Source of the DNA: an uncultured Oligoflexales bacterium | GTDB taxonomy: Bacteria > Bdellovibrionota_B > Oligoflexia > Oligoflexales > CAZZCU01 | Assembly: GCA_964652825.1 (NCBI GenBank) | Contig: CAZZCU010000001.1 | Coordinates: 208,167-272,166 of the forward strand | Length of the DNA stretch: 64,000 nucleotides | Direction: 5' to 3' | In this document: positions 36,491-46,217 of the stretch, piece by piece | Layout: each line of letters starts with the position of its first letter | How positions within the stretch are numbered: the first letter of the stretch is position 1 | Notes under the pieces: generated by a model | Told to the model about the DNA's origin: nothing | Database searches by the model: none | Seen by the model: only the letters and a program-made list of their open reading frames with translations | Program-made: the position numbers and the translations under genes

Positions 36491-37447
36491 TTATAATTCC
36501 ACTGAACCGGTGTAAACCAATATTGCCGGCCCAGCTAATGTCGCAGGTTCCGCAGCATCGTCCTGGCGAACAAAGAGCGTACCTCCAGGCATCGCTACAG
36601 CAACCCAGGCTCGCCGTGAGGCGCTGCCGGCGGTCATGGCACAAGTCGCAATCGCGCAGGCACCGCTGCCGCAGGCGGCCGTTGGGCCTGCGCCTCGTTC
36701 CCAGGTCATAGCCTGGTAAGCATCACCAGGTTTTTCGCCCAACAGATTGGCGTAAGTCGTTAGCTGGCGCTCGTCGATTTGTGCATCGCTAACCAAATGA
36801 ACGTTGATGCCGTCCCATTCAGGACAGCGCTGAAATGCAGGTCCAACTTTGTGTAACAGTTCACGATTGATATCGTCCAAGAAAAATACCAGGTGACGGT
36901 TGCCGATATCACAGACACCGAAGTCTTTGGCTAACTGTGGCAACTTGAGTGCATTTGCCACGCGATTTATCGCGGACTGGGCGTCGCGATAAAATTCCGT
37001 TTCATCATTGAGTTTGACAGATCCCATGTTAACAGAAACAAAAGGCCAGCTAGTATCACGCGTCGATAATTTGCTTTGGCCCAAAAAGCTGCAAACGACG
37101 TTACGATTTCCGGAGATAAATTCCAAAGTTTCCGGAAGCTCATTCATTTTTTGCGCGAGCCGAAATTGCCGTAAAATCGAGAGCGCTACGCAGCGAATGC
37201 CGTTTCCACAGATTTCGGCGGCTGAGCCGTCGCTATTTATGATGGTGATGCGTTCAGGAGCCAAATCTTTGCTGGTTGGCATATGCAAGATGATAACGCC
37301 GTCGGCGCCGATGCCCGTGCCGTTTCGTCGGCACCAATCCTGGGCGCAGCGTTTGATGCTTCCCAAGGCAAGTTCGTCGGAGCTTGCCAGCCTGGTAATG
37401 ACAAAGTCATTTTCGCAACCATGCCATTTTTCAAATTCGAGATACAT
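36491..37447 (-). CDS. dapF: Diaminopimelate epimerase
   Basis: FEKWHGCENDFVI N-terminus and both catalytic Cys motifs (CGNGIRC, ACGSGACA). Confidence 0.9.
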   Translation of the reverse strand: MYLEFEKWHGCENDFVITRLASSDELALGSIKRCAQDWCRRNGTGIGADGVIILHMPTSKDLAPERITIINSDGSAAEICGNGIRCVALSILRQFRLAQKMNELPETLEFISGNRNVVCSFLGQSKLSTRDTSWPFVSVNMGSVKLNDETEFYRDAQSAINRVANALKLPQLAKDFGVCDIGNRHLVFFLDDINRELLHKVGPAFQRCPEWDGINVHLVSDAQIDERQLTTYANLLGEKPGDAYQAMTWERGAGPTAACGSGACAIATCAMTAGSASRRAWVAVAMPGGTLFVRQDDAAEPATLAGPAILVYTGSVEL

Positions 37448-37449
37448 GA

Positions 37450-38181
37450 CTACTCCGCGGCTTTAACTTCGTTAAGACGATAACCACGTCCCCGAACGCT
37501 TTCCAGGACGCGTGGTTTGGAAGGGTCGGTCTCTATATAACGACGCAATCGCATAATAAAATTGTCGACGGTTCTGGTCTCGACATTGCCGTTGATGTTC
37601 CAAACTTTGGCGAGCAAGTGCTCGCGGGTTAATACCCGTGCTGGATTTCGCATAAATTCGCTTAAAATATCAGCTTCCAATGCCGTTAATGAATAGCTGC
37701 CATTCGGACCTCGCAAATGCAATGCTTCCGTATTCAGTTCTAGGTCGCCACAACGTAAAAACGGCCCAGAAGAACTGGTTGTATCTGGTTGTTGCTGAAA
37801 AAGTTCGGAGCGCTTCATCATGCGTCGAACGCGTAGTAAAAGCTCTTTGAGATGAAAAGGTTTGGTGATGTAGTCATCCACGCCGCTTTCCAGGCCGCGG
37901 ATGCGATCCTCTTCGCTGGCACGGGCGGTGAGCATCAGAATTCCGGTCTGGCTGTCGTGCTTGCGAATCTCGTGTGCGACGGCGAAGCCATCGATTTCGG
38001 GCATCATAACATCAAGGATCACCAGATCAAACGGCGCGTCACGCCGGTATTTGTCGAGAGCGATTTTGCCGTTTTGTGCCGGCACGACATCATAGCCTTC
38101 GGCTTGAAGATTGAATTCAAGATGAAAGGCCAAATGTGGTTCGTCTTCGACCAATAATATGCGTTTACGATCGTTCTGCAT
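37450..38181 (-). CDS. OmpR/PhoB-family response regulator
   Basis: Receiver domain (ILLVEDE, LVILDVMMPEIDG, MLTA, KPF) followed by a winged-helix output domain (VRGRGYRL). Confidence 0.9.
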   Translation of the reverse strand: MQNDRKRILLVEDEPHLAFHLEFNLQAEGYDVVPAQNGKIALDKYRRDAPFDLVILDVMMPEIDGFAVAHEIRKHDSQTGILMLTARASEEDRIRGLESGVDDYITKPFHLKELLLRVRRMMKRSELFQQQPDTTSSSGPFLRCGDLELNTEALHLRGPNGSYSLTALEADILSEFMRNPARVLTREHLLAKVWNINGNVETRTVDNFIMRLRRYIETDPSKPRVLESVRGRGYRLNEVKAAE

Positions 38182-38192
38182 AATCTTGCCTG

Positions 38193-39191
38193 CTAACTCG
38201 AATGAATTGGCAAACTGACGTGGAAACTGCTGCCCTGTCCAGGCCCGAGGCTGTTCGCCCAGACGCGACCGCCCAGGTTTCGCACCGTCGAACGCACAAT
38301 GTATAAACCCAATCCCGTTCCTGGAATAGCTTTATTTGTCGCAAGATCTGAGCGATGAAACATTTTAAATACGCGTTTTTGATCCCGTCGCGCGAGGCCA
38401 AAACCTTGATCAATCACCAGAATTTCGAGTTGAGTGCTATTAATTTGCGCCACTAGGCGTATAGGAGTACCCGGTGGTGAGTACTTCACGGCGTTTTCCA
38501 AAAGATTGCCAACTACCAATGTCAAAGCTGAGCGAATACTTTCAACCATCAGGTCATCTGGGCAATCGACAACGAGCCGCTTTGGCAGATTAGGATCCAT
38601 GTAGGAAATGTTTTCGACGGCTTTAGCAAACAGGCTTTTAAGCTGAAAGCTCTCCACCTTGTCGGATACCATGATGCCTCGATCAAGACGGGCGGAGACG
38701 AGAATTTGATCGACCAATTTACCCAAACGGGAAATATCGGTGCTGATCATATCTAATACGCGTTGTTGCAGAGTGGAAGTTAACTGTGGATTTTGTAGTG
38801 TCTCAAAGCCAAGTTGCAAGCTGGCCAGAGGAGAACGTAATTCGTGCGTCACGCTGGAAACAAAATTTCGCTGTTGACGGATCAGGTAGCTTTGTCTTTG
38901 TGCAAAAACAAATAACAGCACGGTTCCGACCAGGATCATTCCCAACAGGATGCAGCCGATAATAAGAATCGCCAGAACATAGTTAGGATCAATGTATTCG
39001 TTGCCGAGAATGCGGGCATTTTTGACAATATCTTCCTGCTGGTTGATGAACCACACCACCCATAGTCCGGTAACCGCGATCAGAAAAACCTGCAAGGATA
39101 CAAAGATAACGACCGGATTGAGCATAAAGGTGACTAGCCGATACAGCCATCGGGATCTCGTTGCGAGCAGGAGTTTTTTGGGAGTTTGCAT
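38193..39191 (-). CDS. Sensor histidine kinase
   Basis: Two N-terminal TM helices, H-box SVTHELRSPLASL, N-box LLENAVKYS, and G-boxes DQGFGL and GTGLGLYIV. Confidence 0.85.
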   Translation of the reverse strand: MQTPKKLLLATRSRWLYRLVTFMLNPVVIFVSLQVFLIAVTGLWVVWFINQQEDIVKNARILGNEYIDPNYVLAILIIGCILLGMILVGTVLLFVFAQRQSYLIRQQRNFVSSVTHELRSPLASLQLGFETLQNPQLTSTLQQRVLDMISTDISRLGKLVDQILVSARLDRGIMVSDKVESFQLKSLFAKAVENISYMDPNLPKRLVVDCPDDLMVESIRSALTLVVGNLLENAVKYSPPGTPIRLVAQINSTQLEILVIDQGFGLARRDQKRVFKMFHRSDLATNKAIPGTGLGLYIVRSTVRNLGGRVWANSLGPGQGSSFHVSLPIHSS

Positions 39192-39244
39192 AGATGCTTA
39201 GTCCGCTTTAAAGGTACGGCTGAAGCATATATGTTGTAAGGCTT

Positions 39245-39835
39245 TTAGTGGAACACAAAAATTTTGGCCGCCTGATTTTCGATGGAATTTTTTAACTGCA
39301 GTGCCGTATTCAGAATCTGGTTGCTACCGTGCCCTCCAGGATAGAGGTGATACTGCTTGATGCAGGACTTCTGAATCAGTTTTTCCAGCAAATCACTCAG
39401 CAAAGACTGAGCTCGTTCCTTTACGAGAAGCTCCGGCGCCAGATAGATTCCCAGCTGTTCCAGCTTTAGATCGATAATGGTTCTGCTGACGGTGTCAATC
39501 CAAGTATTCAAAGATTCAAGGGACTTAGGCGTCGGTACAAAGTAAAAAAAGCGCGGTAGTTCTGTCGCACAATCAGATAACATCAATGGTTTGTCTTCCG
39601 CCAAGCCTTCGGTGGCGGCTCGTAAGAAAATCGAAGTGGTGTCCTGATAATCCAACAAGGAAACCGGATGTAGGGAACCTTCTTGGAAAACTCCTAGCCA
39701 AAAATGACAATGCGTCAGATCTTCACGTGGCAAAATATTGATAATTACAGCGTTATTATCGGTGAATGGCGATGCGACGTCGGTGGGCGGCGCCTCATGA
39801 TTCGTGCCGGGATTCGCGGAAATCTCGATATCCAT
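39245..39835 (-). CDS. Hypothetical protein
   Basis: 196-aa ORF filling the gap between nusB and the kinase on the same strand. No recognisable motif. Confidence 0.4.
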   Translation of the reverse strand: MDIEISANPGTNHEAPPTDVASPFTDNNAVIINILPREDLTHCHFWLGVFQEGSLHPVSLLDYQDTTSIFLRAATEGLAEDKPLMLSDCATELPRFFYFVPTPKSLESLNTWIDTVSRTIIDLKLEQLGIYLAPELLVKERAQSLLSDLLEKLIQKSCIKQYHLYPGGHGSNQILNTALQLKNSIENQAAKIFVFH

Positions 39836-39911
39836 ATGCTTGCCCCACTGCTTAAACTAATAATAATTATAGATAAGCTTAGAGCAAATAAATGATTGTC
39901 GCCAGACTAAA

Positions 39912-40361
39912 TCAGCTTTTGCGGATATCTTTGGCCAGGGTATCCAGTATGCCATTCACAAATGCTGGTGAGGTATCAGTGCCGTATTTTTTAGCCAATT
40001 CAATGGCTTCATCGATGACAACTTTGGTGGGAGTTTCCTGACTGATCAGTTCATACGTTGCTACGCGCAGAATCGATCGATCAATAACGCTCATGCGATG
40101 AAGTTGCCAGTTCTTTGAGGTTACGGAAATTTTCTGATCCAATTCCGGCATATGTGCAAAAACGCCTTCGACCAGACTGCGCATGCGATCAGCGGCACGC
40201 CTGGTTACTTGAAAATGCTCGACAAAGTCAGCGCATTTATTGGCAGCGAACATAAAGATTTTCTCGGCTTCACATTGATATAGAAACTGGAGCGCAAAAT
40301 CACGTGCCAAGCTGTTGGTGTGACGAGGTTCGTTATCAATGTTTAAGACGGCATCCGACAT
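39912..40361 (-). CDS. nusB: Transcription antitermination factor NusB
   Basis: 149 aa. Motifs ARDFALQFLYQ, ILRVATYEL and VIDEAIELAKKYG. Canonical position after ribH. Confidence 0.9.
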   Translation of the reverse strand: MSDAVLNIDNEPRHTNSLARDFALQFLYQCEAEKIFMFAANKCADFVEHFQVTRRAADRMRSLVEGVFAHMPELDQKISVTSKNWQLHRMSVIDRSILRVATYELISQETPTKVVIDEAIELAKKYGTDTSPAFVNGILDTLAKDIRKS

Positions 40362-40363
40362 TT

Positions 40364-40810
40364 TTAGCGTTCCACTTGCTCAAATTGTTTACTGACTTTA
40401 GCCATCGCAATCGCGGTAGTAGTCGCATCACGGCCTTTATTGCCGCTTTTAATGCCACTGCGGTTTAAAGCTTGCTCAACCGTGTCCGTCGTTAAAATCC
40501 CAAAAATTATCGGCACGCCGGTATCGATGCTAACTTTCATAATGCCTGCAGCTGCTTGACCGGCAACAAAATCAAAATGCGGTGTTTCGCCGCGGATGAC
40601 AGCGCCAAGACAAATAATCGTATCGTATTTACCAGAGCGCGCTGCTTTGGCTGCAATGGTGGGTGCTTCAAAAGCGCCGGGTACCCAGCACACTTCGATT
40701 TTGGTCGGATTAATGTCGTGTTCTTTGAAAGTATCAAGCGCGCCTTCGAGCAAGTTTTTGGTAATCAACTCGTTAAATTTAGCGGCAATAATCAAATAGG
40801 ATGCTGCCAT
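40364..40810 (-). CDS. ribH: 6,7-dimethyl-8-ribityllumazine synthase
   Basis: AAKFNELITKNLLEGALDTFKEH, VPGAFE, GAVIRGETPHFDFV and FGILT motifs. Confidence 0.9.
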   Translation of the reverse strand: MAASYLIIAAKFNELITKNLLEGALDTFKEHDINPTKIEVCWVPGAFEAPTIAAKAARSGKYDTIICLGAVIRGETPHFDFVAGQAAAGIMKVSIDTGVPIIFGILTTDTVEQALNRSGIKSGNKGRDATTTAIAMAKVSKQFEQVER

Positions 40811-41985
40811 GTATCACCTTCTTTGTTGTCCATATCCAGACGATTGTTATCGACGATTTCCAGACCAAACCCAGATAATGCTGTGAGCGTGCGCGGTGCT
40901 GACATGTGTGTACGCATGCGCTGTACACCCAATGCTCGCAGAATCTGTGCTCCAATCCCGTACTGCCTGAGACCCATGACTTTGCCGGCGTCGCTCGGAC
41001 TTGTCCGGGGTTGTAGTGAAGTTTTTTGGGCGAGCTCAGCTAATTCGTGCAGGAGATCATCTCTTGCCGGCTGCCGTAATAAATAGACGAAAACGCCGTT
41101 ATCGCACTCAGCCAAAAACCGCAGTGCGTAATCGATGCGAAAACGACCGCTGTGCTCCGGATCACCAAAGACATCAACCAACGGACGCTGAGCATGAACT
41201 CGAACATCAACAATCTGATCACCGAAAGAATGGCCTTTGGTGATCGCCAGATGATGGACGCCGTCGACTTTTGATTGAAATAGAGTCGCCGTAAACATTC
41301 CATGCGGCGTGTGAATATTCTGTTTGCTGATTTCTTCCACGAGCGAATCGTGGAGCAGGCGATAGTGAATTAAATCTGCAATGCTAACGACTGGTATCGA
41401 GAATTTTTCCGCAAGTTTAAGCAGATCAGGCATGCGTGCCATCGTGCCATCTTCATTCATGATCTCGCAGATAACAGCAGCGGGTTTGATGCCGGCCAAG
41501 CGTGCGAGATCAACGGAGCCCTCGGTGTGGCCGGCACGCTCCAGCACGCCACCGATGCGCGAACGTAGCGGGAATACGTGACCAGGTACAACCAGATCAT
41601 CAGGTGTCGTTGCATCATCGACCGCCACACGAATGGTTTGGCAGCGGTCAGCGGCCGAGATCCCCGTTGTTACACCGTCTCGGGCTTCGATACTGACGGT
41701 AAACGCGGTTTCGCGAAACGGTATGGCTTTGGAGTTGTCCTCCATCATCGGCAGTTTAAGTCGCTTAACCAGTGCTGGTTCCATCGCCAGACAAATCAGG
41801 CCGCGCGCCTCTTTAGCAAGAAAATTTACTTTTTCGGGGGTTACAAACTGAGCGGCAAAGACAAAGTCGCCTTCATTCTCGCGGTCTTCGTCGTCGACCA
41901 TAATAACCATGCCGCCGGTGCGCATGGCTTCGATAGCCCGGAAGACTTTAACGATTGATTTATCCTGATCGCTACTTGATAGCAT
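40792..41985 (-). CDS. ribB: 3,4-dihydroxy-2-butanone-4-phosphate synthase fused to a degenerate GTP cyclohydrolase II-like domain (RibBX type)
   Basis: DHBPS motifs MVDDEDRENEGD and GHTEGSVDLA. The C-terminal domain aligns to RibA (VRVH..., YGIGAQILRALGV, GFGLEIV) but has no Cys at the zinc positions. Start taken at the ATG at 41985 (MLSSSDQ...), because the longer track ORF overlaps ribE. Confidence 0.85.
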   Translation of the reverse strand: MLSSSDQDKSIVKVFRAIEAMRTGGMVIMVDDEDRENEGDFVFAAQFVTPEKVNFLAKEARGLICLAMEPALVKRLKLPMMEDNSKAIPFRETAFTVSIEARDGVTTGISAADRCQTIRVAVDDATTPDDLVVPGHVFPLRSRIGGVLERAGHTEGSVDLARLAGIKPAAVICEIMNEDGTMARMPDLLKLAEKFSIPVVSIADLIHYRLLHDSLVEEISKQNIHTPHGMFTATLFQSKVDGVHHLAITKGHSFGDQIVDVRVHAQRPLVDVFGDPEHSGRFRIDYALRFLAECDNGVFVYLLRQPARDDLLHELAELAQKTSLQPRTSPSDAGKVMGLRQYGIGAQILRALGVQRMRTHMSAPRTLTALSGFGLEIVDNNRLDMDNKEGDTWQHPI

Positions 41986-42068
41986 ATGATCGCGTTCCGG
42001 GCGCCAAAACAGTTTGTTGTAAAAGAGCTGACTATGTAGAAGTCGTGGCCTTAATAGCAGACAGGTAC

Positions 42069-42689
42069 CTAGCGCGTCAAAGCCATTTGGGAGAATCGCT
42101 GCAGATATTTTCCCAGAATATCCGTTTCCAGATTCAGTAGGTCCCCGGGTCGACGATCCTGCAGATTGGTCAGCTGCAAGGTCGTCGGGATCAACATGCA
42201 GCTGACTCGACAAATAGAATTTAACTCATTGATTTCATTGATAGTTAAGCTGATGCCGTCGAGACAGATAGAGCCTTTTTTGACCACCTGAAGCACCAGA
42301 TTGGCCGGTATTTCGACCTGCAGCAACCAGCCTCCGGCTTGCTCAGCTATTATAAGAACCTTGGCCAGGCCATCAATATGACCCGTAACCAGATGACCAT
42401 CAAGACGTGCCGTGGCCAGCAATGCTCGCTCCAGATTGACGGTATTTCCCGGCTGTAAGCTGCCAAGATTTGTGAGATTTAGGGTTTCGCTGCTAACGTC
42501 AAAGCACAAAGCCTCGGCATTGGTTTCAGTCAGCGTCAGGCAACAGCCGTTCACTGCGATACTGTCCCCGAGCTTCGTCTGTTCCTTGTAAATATCTGGA
42601 CAAGCAAGGGTCAGCGATGTTTTGGCTGCTTCATGGGTTTTGCTAAGAGCAAGTACCGAGGTTGTTGCTTCAACGATACCGGTGAACAC
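42069..42689 (-). CDS. ribE: Riboflavin synthase
   Basis: MFTGIVE N-terminus and the duplicated barrel motifs GDSIAVNGCCLT and GSICLDGISLT. Confidence 0.9.
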   Translation of the reverse strand: MFTGIVEATTSVLALSKTHEAAKTSLTLACPDIYKEQTKLGDSIAVNGCCLTLTETNAEALCFDVSSETLNLTNLGSLQPGNTVNLERALLATARLDGHLVTGHIDGLAKVLIIAEQAGGWLLQVEIPANLVLQVVKKGSICLDGISLTINEINELNSICRVSCMLIPTTLQLTNLQDRRPGDLLNLETDILGKYLQRFSQMALTR

Positions 42690-42691
42690 AT

Positions 42692-43141
42692 TTAGCTCTT
42701 TAGTGCTTCGAGTTCGGTGATAAATTCGTCAGGATCTTTAAAGGATTTGTAGACGGAAGCGAAGCGCACATACGCCACCTGATCCAGATCGCGGAGTCCA
42801 TGCATGATCAGATCGCCGATTTTTTGACTGTCGACAACTCGTTCGCCCATCTCATGGAGTTGGCGGACGATACCGGCCAGTAAATTCTCGATTTCATTGA
42901 TGCCGACCGGGCGTTTTTGACATGCTGTTTGAATGGCACGTAGGGCTTTTTCGTGCAAGAACGGCTCAAAGCGTCCATCCTTCTTTTTGACTAAAAAGCT
43001 CAGCTCTTCTTCTTTTTCATAAGTGGTAAAACGATAATTGCAGCTCAGGCAACAGCGGCGGCGCCGTACACCATGGCCTTCCAAGCTGAGACGGCTTTCC
43101 AGAACTTTGGTGTCTTCAAATCCGCATTTGGCGCACTTCAA
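42692..43141 (-). CDS. nrdR: Transcriptional repressor NrdR
   Basis: Zinc ribbon MKCAKCG...CLSC followed by an ATP-cone (YVRFASVYKSF). Confidence 0.93.
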   Translation of the reverse strand: MKCAKCGFEDTKVLESRLSLEGHGVRRRRCCLSCNYRFTTYEKEEELSFLVKKKDGRFEPFLHEKALRAIQTACQKRPVGINEIENLLAGIVRQLHEMGERVVDSQKIGDLIMHGLRDLDQVAYVRFASVYKSFKDPDEFITELEALKS

Positions 43142-43144
43142 GAT

Positions 43145-44404
43145 TTAGCTCCATTCCTGGTACAGCGGGTACTTGGCGGTCATGGCCTTAACATCCCTAC
43201 GTATTGCTTCTAATTGGTTTTCTTGTTGGACGCAATCAAAGGTCCGTTTAATCCATCCGGCGATCGTCAACATATCAGCTTCCTTAAGGCCGCGCGATGT
43301 GACCGCGGGTGTGCCAAGCCGAACCCCGCTGGTCACAAATGGACTGCGTTTTTCGTTGGGAACCGTATTCTTGTTGACGGTGATGGCGACTTTGCCGAGA
43401 GCTTCTTCCAAATCTTTGCCGCTGACAGGGGTGCTGGAAAGATCAACGAGGAGCAAATGATTGTCCGTGCCGCCAGAGACCAGCTTTAAGCCGTGTTCCA
43501 GCAGACCTTTGGCAAGAGCCTGGGAGTTGGCGATGACTTGTTGCTGGTATTGTTTGAATTCCGCCGTCTGGGCTTCTTTAAAGCAAACAGCTTTTGCGGC
43601 GATGATGTGCTCCAGCGGCCCACCTTGAATACCTGGAAAAACAGCTTTATTGATTTTCAGCTCAGGATCGTTCCATAAGATAAGCCCGCCGCGCGGGCCA
43701 CGCAGTGTTTTGTGTGTTGTCGTTGTGACGACATGCGCATGTGGCATTGGTGATGGATGAAGATCGGCCGCTACCAAGCCGGCGATATGCGCCATATCGA
43801 CAAATAAGTAGGCACCTACCGAATCGGCGATTTTGCGAAATTGCGCGAAATCAATGATCCGTGGATATGCTGATGCGCCGGCAACGATAATTTTGGGTTT
43901 TATCGCTGCTGCGGTCTTGGCGATCTCGTCATAATCGAGACGTTCGGTTTCCAGGTTGAGGCGATAAAAATGCGATTCATACAACAATCCCGAAAAATTC
44001 ACTTTCGAGCCATGCGTCAAGTGACCGCCATGCGAGAGATCCATGCCGAGAACGCGATCGCCGGCCTGGGCGAGTGCCAGGAACACAGCGGCGTTTGCCT
44101 GGGCGCCAGAATGCGGTTGGACGTTGGCGAACTTAGCGCCAAATAAACGGCAAGCTCGTTGAATGCAAAGCTCTTCGAGCTCATCTACTACTTCGCAGCC
44201 ACCGTAGTAGCGTTTATGAGGCAAGCCTTCCGCATATTTATTCGTCAGAATGCTACCCATCGTGGCGATAACGGCCGGCGAGGCGAAATTTTCCGAGGCG
44301 ATCAGCTCCAGACCTTCTTGCTGCCGGTGCATCTCCGCTTCGATCAGGCGATAAACTTCGTTGTCATAGTCAGCAACAATTTGCCAGGGCTTCGATGCTT
44401 TCAT
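43145..44404 (-). CDS. glyA: Serine hydroxymethyltransferase
   Basis: LIASENF, YYGGCE, and the PLP-lysine context [14 protein letters not shown]. Confidence 0.97.
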   Translation of the reverse strand: MKASKPWQIVADYDNEVYRLIEAEMHRQQEGLELIASENFASPAVIATMGSILTNKYAEGLPHKRYYGGCEVVDELEELCIQRACRLFGAKFANVQPHSGAQANAAVFLALAQAGDRVLGMDLSHGGHLTHGSKVNFSGLLYESHFYRLNLETERLDYDEIAKTAAAIKPKIIVAGASAYPRIIDFAQFRKIADSVGAYLFVDMAHIAGLVAADLHPSPMPHAHVVTTTTHKTLRGPRGGLILWNDPELKINKAVFPGIQGGPLEHIIAAKAVCFKEAQTAEFKQYQQQVIANSQALAKGLLEHGLKLVSGGTDNHLLLVDLSSTPVSGKDLEEALGKVAITVNKNTVPNEKRSPFVTSGVRLGTPAVTSRGLKEADMLTIAGWIKRTFDCVQQENQLEAIRRDVKAMTAKYPLYQEWS

Positions 44405-44434
44405 TGCCAGCTCCTTCAGAATGATCTTTATCTT

Positions 44435-44905
44435 TTACGAATCGCGCAGCCGAAAATTTTTCCGCTCAATATCGAGCATTTTTGTCAGGCGTTGCTGATG
44501 TCGTCCACCTTCATATTCCGTGGTCAGCCAGATTTTAGTGAAATCGATCGCGCGATGATAATTAATGGTGCGTGCCCCCAGACAGAGAACGTTGGCATTA
44601 TTATGTTGTCTCGAAGCGCGGGCGGTGAACTCATCCCAAACAGAGCCGGCCCGCACACCCACAAATTTATTGGCGGTGATGCACATGCCAATGCCGGTGC
44701 CACACACCAAAATGCCACGATCAAGCTTGTTCAATGACAGATCGTGTGCAACTAAGCCGGCATAGTCCGGATAATCGACGGAGGTTGCTTCGGCGGAAAC
44801 TCCGTAGTCGACAACCTCGTATTTTTCGAGGCGCAGAAAATCGATTAACATCTGTTTTAATTCTTTGCCGGCGTGATCAGCACCGATACCTATTTTTAGC
44901 GTCAT
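44435..44905 (-). CDS. rpiB: Ribose-5-phosphate isomerase B
   Basis: IGIGADHAGKELK and CGTGIGMCITANK motifs of the RpiB/LacAB family. Confidence 0.9.
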   Translation of the reverse strand: MTLKIGIGADHAGKELKQMLIDFLRLEKYEVVDYGVSAEATSVDYPDYAGLVAHDLSLNKLDRGILVCGTGIGMCITANKFVGVRAGSVWDEFTARASRQHNNANVLCLGARTINYHRAIDFTKIWLTTEYEGGRHQQRLTKMLDIERKNFRLRDS

Positions 44906-44947
44906 GCGGCAGTCCTGCTTTCTGATGAAGAGTGCAACATATAAATA

Positions 44948-44980
44948 AAAGGACCTGCGGGGTTTGCCCGCAGGTCCTTT
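44948..44980 (-). terminator. Intrinsic terminator downstream of acpP
   Basis: 12-bp GC-rich stem AGGACCTGCGGG / CCCGCAGGTCCT. The minus strand continues TTTTATTTAT. Confidence 0.75.
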
Positions 44981-45002
44981 GTATCATCAATCGATAAATC
45001 GA

Positions 45003-45248
45003 TCAGTGTTCTTCGGTCTTGCGGATATAAGAAACAGCATCATCCACGGTGCGGATGTTTTCTGCCTCTTCATCCGGAATATCGATGCCAAAAGCTTCTT
45101 CCATAGCCATCACCAATTCGACGATGTCTAACGAGTCCGCTCCTAAATCTTCGATGAATTTAGCTTTTCCCACGACCGCAGCCTCTTCAACACCAAGTTG
45201 ATTGACTACCAGCTGTTTTAGTTTGTCTTCGATTGAGCCAGCGACCAT
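45003..45248 (-). CDS. acpP: Acyl carrier protein
   Basis: [18 protein letters not shown] carries the phosphopantetheine-attachment Ser. Start taken at the ATG at 45248 ([11 protein letters not shown]...). Confidence 0.9.
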   Translation of the reverse strand: MVAGSIEDKLKQLVVNQLGVEEAAVVGKAKFIEDLGADSLDIVELVMAMEEAFGIDIPDEEAENIRTVDDAVSYIRKTEEH

Positions 45249-45383
45249 AACGCCTCCAAAAGGTATATCGAAGTAATTCAAGCCCCATAAAGAAACAAAA
45301 TCCGTTTTCTTTTGCAAGCCAAATAGTTGAAACTAATAGACATAGTGCCGCGTCAGCGGCTAAAAAGCCACGGAGCAATATAA

Positions 45384-46184
45384 TTGGTTGATAATATTGA
45401 TAAATATCTCAGTTCCGAACTGATTTTAGTGTCAGATGTTCATTTGCGACAGTCGGGAGATATGCGTGGACTGTTACTGCGGCAACTGCTCAAAAGCGCT
45501 GCGCGGCATCGGCCTGGCAATTTCGTCTTGCTAGGCGATGTGTTTGATTTTTGTCTTGGTGGCAGCCGTTTTTTTAAGAAAAAATTTTTTGACTTCGGTA
45601 CCGCTCTGGAAGCTTTGGCGCAAAGCGGAACACGAGTGATATTTTTTGAGGGCAATCATGAATTCAACCTGGCTGCGATTGGGTGGCAGGGCATCGAGTT
45701 TGTTCCCGAAGGCAGCATGACGCTTCTACTGAGTGGGGGGACGCGCGTAAGGCTGTCGCATGGCGATTTGATCTACGCCCCCAAGAGTTATCTGTGGTTT
45801 CGCGGTCTGGTGAAGTCGCGTTTTGCCCGGCAAGCGGCGCGTGCGATACCGACAAGCTGGCTTGATGCATATGCGCTTGGGCATTCCAAAGTTTCGCGTG
45901 CGCAGGATAAATATCGGGTGCTGGCGCATGATGATCTGTTGCAGGCGGCCGAGGCTTGGATTGCCGAGGATCAGGCGCAGCATGGAATTTTTGGGCATTT
46001 TCATACGCCGTATGGTGAGCGACGCCAGGATCAGAATGGCTTAATTGTCAGTGTTGATTCTTGGGATAAACCTAATGCGCTTATCTATAACCACGAGCGC
46101 GGGTTTGAGCGGATTTTTTGGGGACCGGGTGGTCTCGATGATTTTACTGTGCAGCCATTGACGAGTCTACGCCGACCGATCTGA
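45384..46184 (+). CDS. lpxH: UDP-2,3-diacylglucosamine hydrolase-like metallophosphoesterase
   Basis: Calcineurin-like motifs SDVHL, LGDVFDF, GNHEF, HGD and GHFH in LpxH order. TTG start assumed. Confidence 0.65.
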   Translation: MVDNIDKYLSSELILVSDVHLRQSGDMRGLLLRQLLKSAARHRPGNFVLLGDVFDFCLGGSRFFKKKFFDFGTALEALAQSGTRVIFFEGNHEFNLAAIGWQGIEFVPEGSMTLLLSGGTRVRLSHGDLIYAPKSYLWFRGLVKSRFARQAARAIPTSWLDAYALGHSKVSRAQDKYRVLAHDDLLQAAEAWIAEDQAQHGIFGHFHTPYGERRQDQNGLIVSVDSWDKPNALIYNHERGFERIFWGPGGLDDFTVQPLTSLRRPI

Positions 46185-46212
46185 GGCTTAGAGGTCGGCG
46201 TTGATAGTTTTT
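46170..46212. terminator. Hairpin at the convergent junction of the lpxH-like gene and the PrkA-operon end
   Basis: 8-bp stem CGCCGACC (46170-46177) / GGTCGGCG (46193-46200), followed by TTGATAGTTTTT. The hairpin spans the lpxH-like stop codon. Confidence 0.45.
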
Positions 46213-46217
46213 AAAAT

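Noticed and set aside
41986-42068. An FMN riboswitch in front of the rib genes.
   Set aside because: The only spacer inside the cluster is 83 nt, shorter than an FMN aptamer plus expression platform. No conserved FMN-element sequence was evident by eye. A covariance-model scan is needed to be certain.
41986-42213. A 76-codon N-terminal extension of the ribB(X) ORF (track start 42213).
   Set aside because: It overlaps the 3' end of ribE (42069-42689) in another frame. Its sequence is unlike RibB. The ATG at 41985 gives the canonical RibB N-terminus (…AIEAMRTGGMVIMVDDEDRENEGD).
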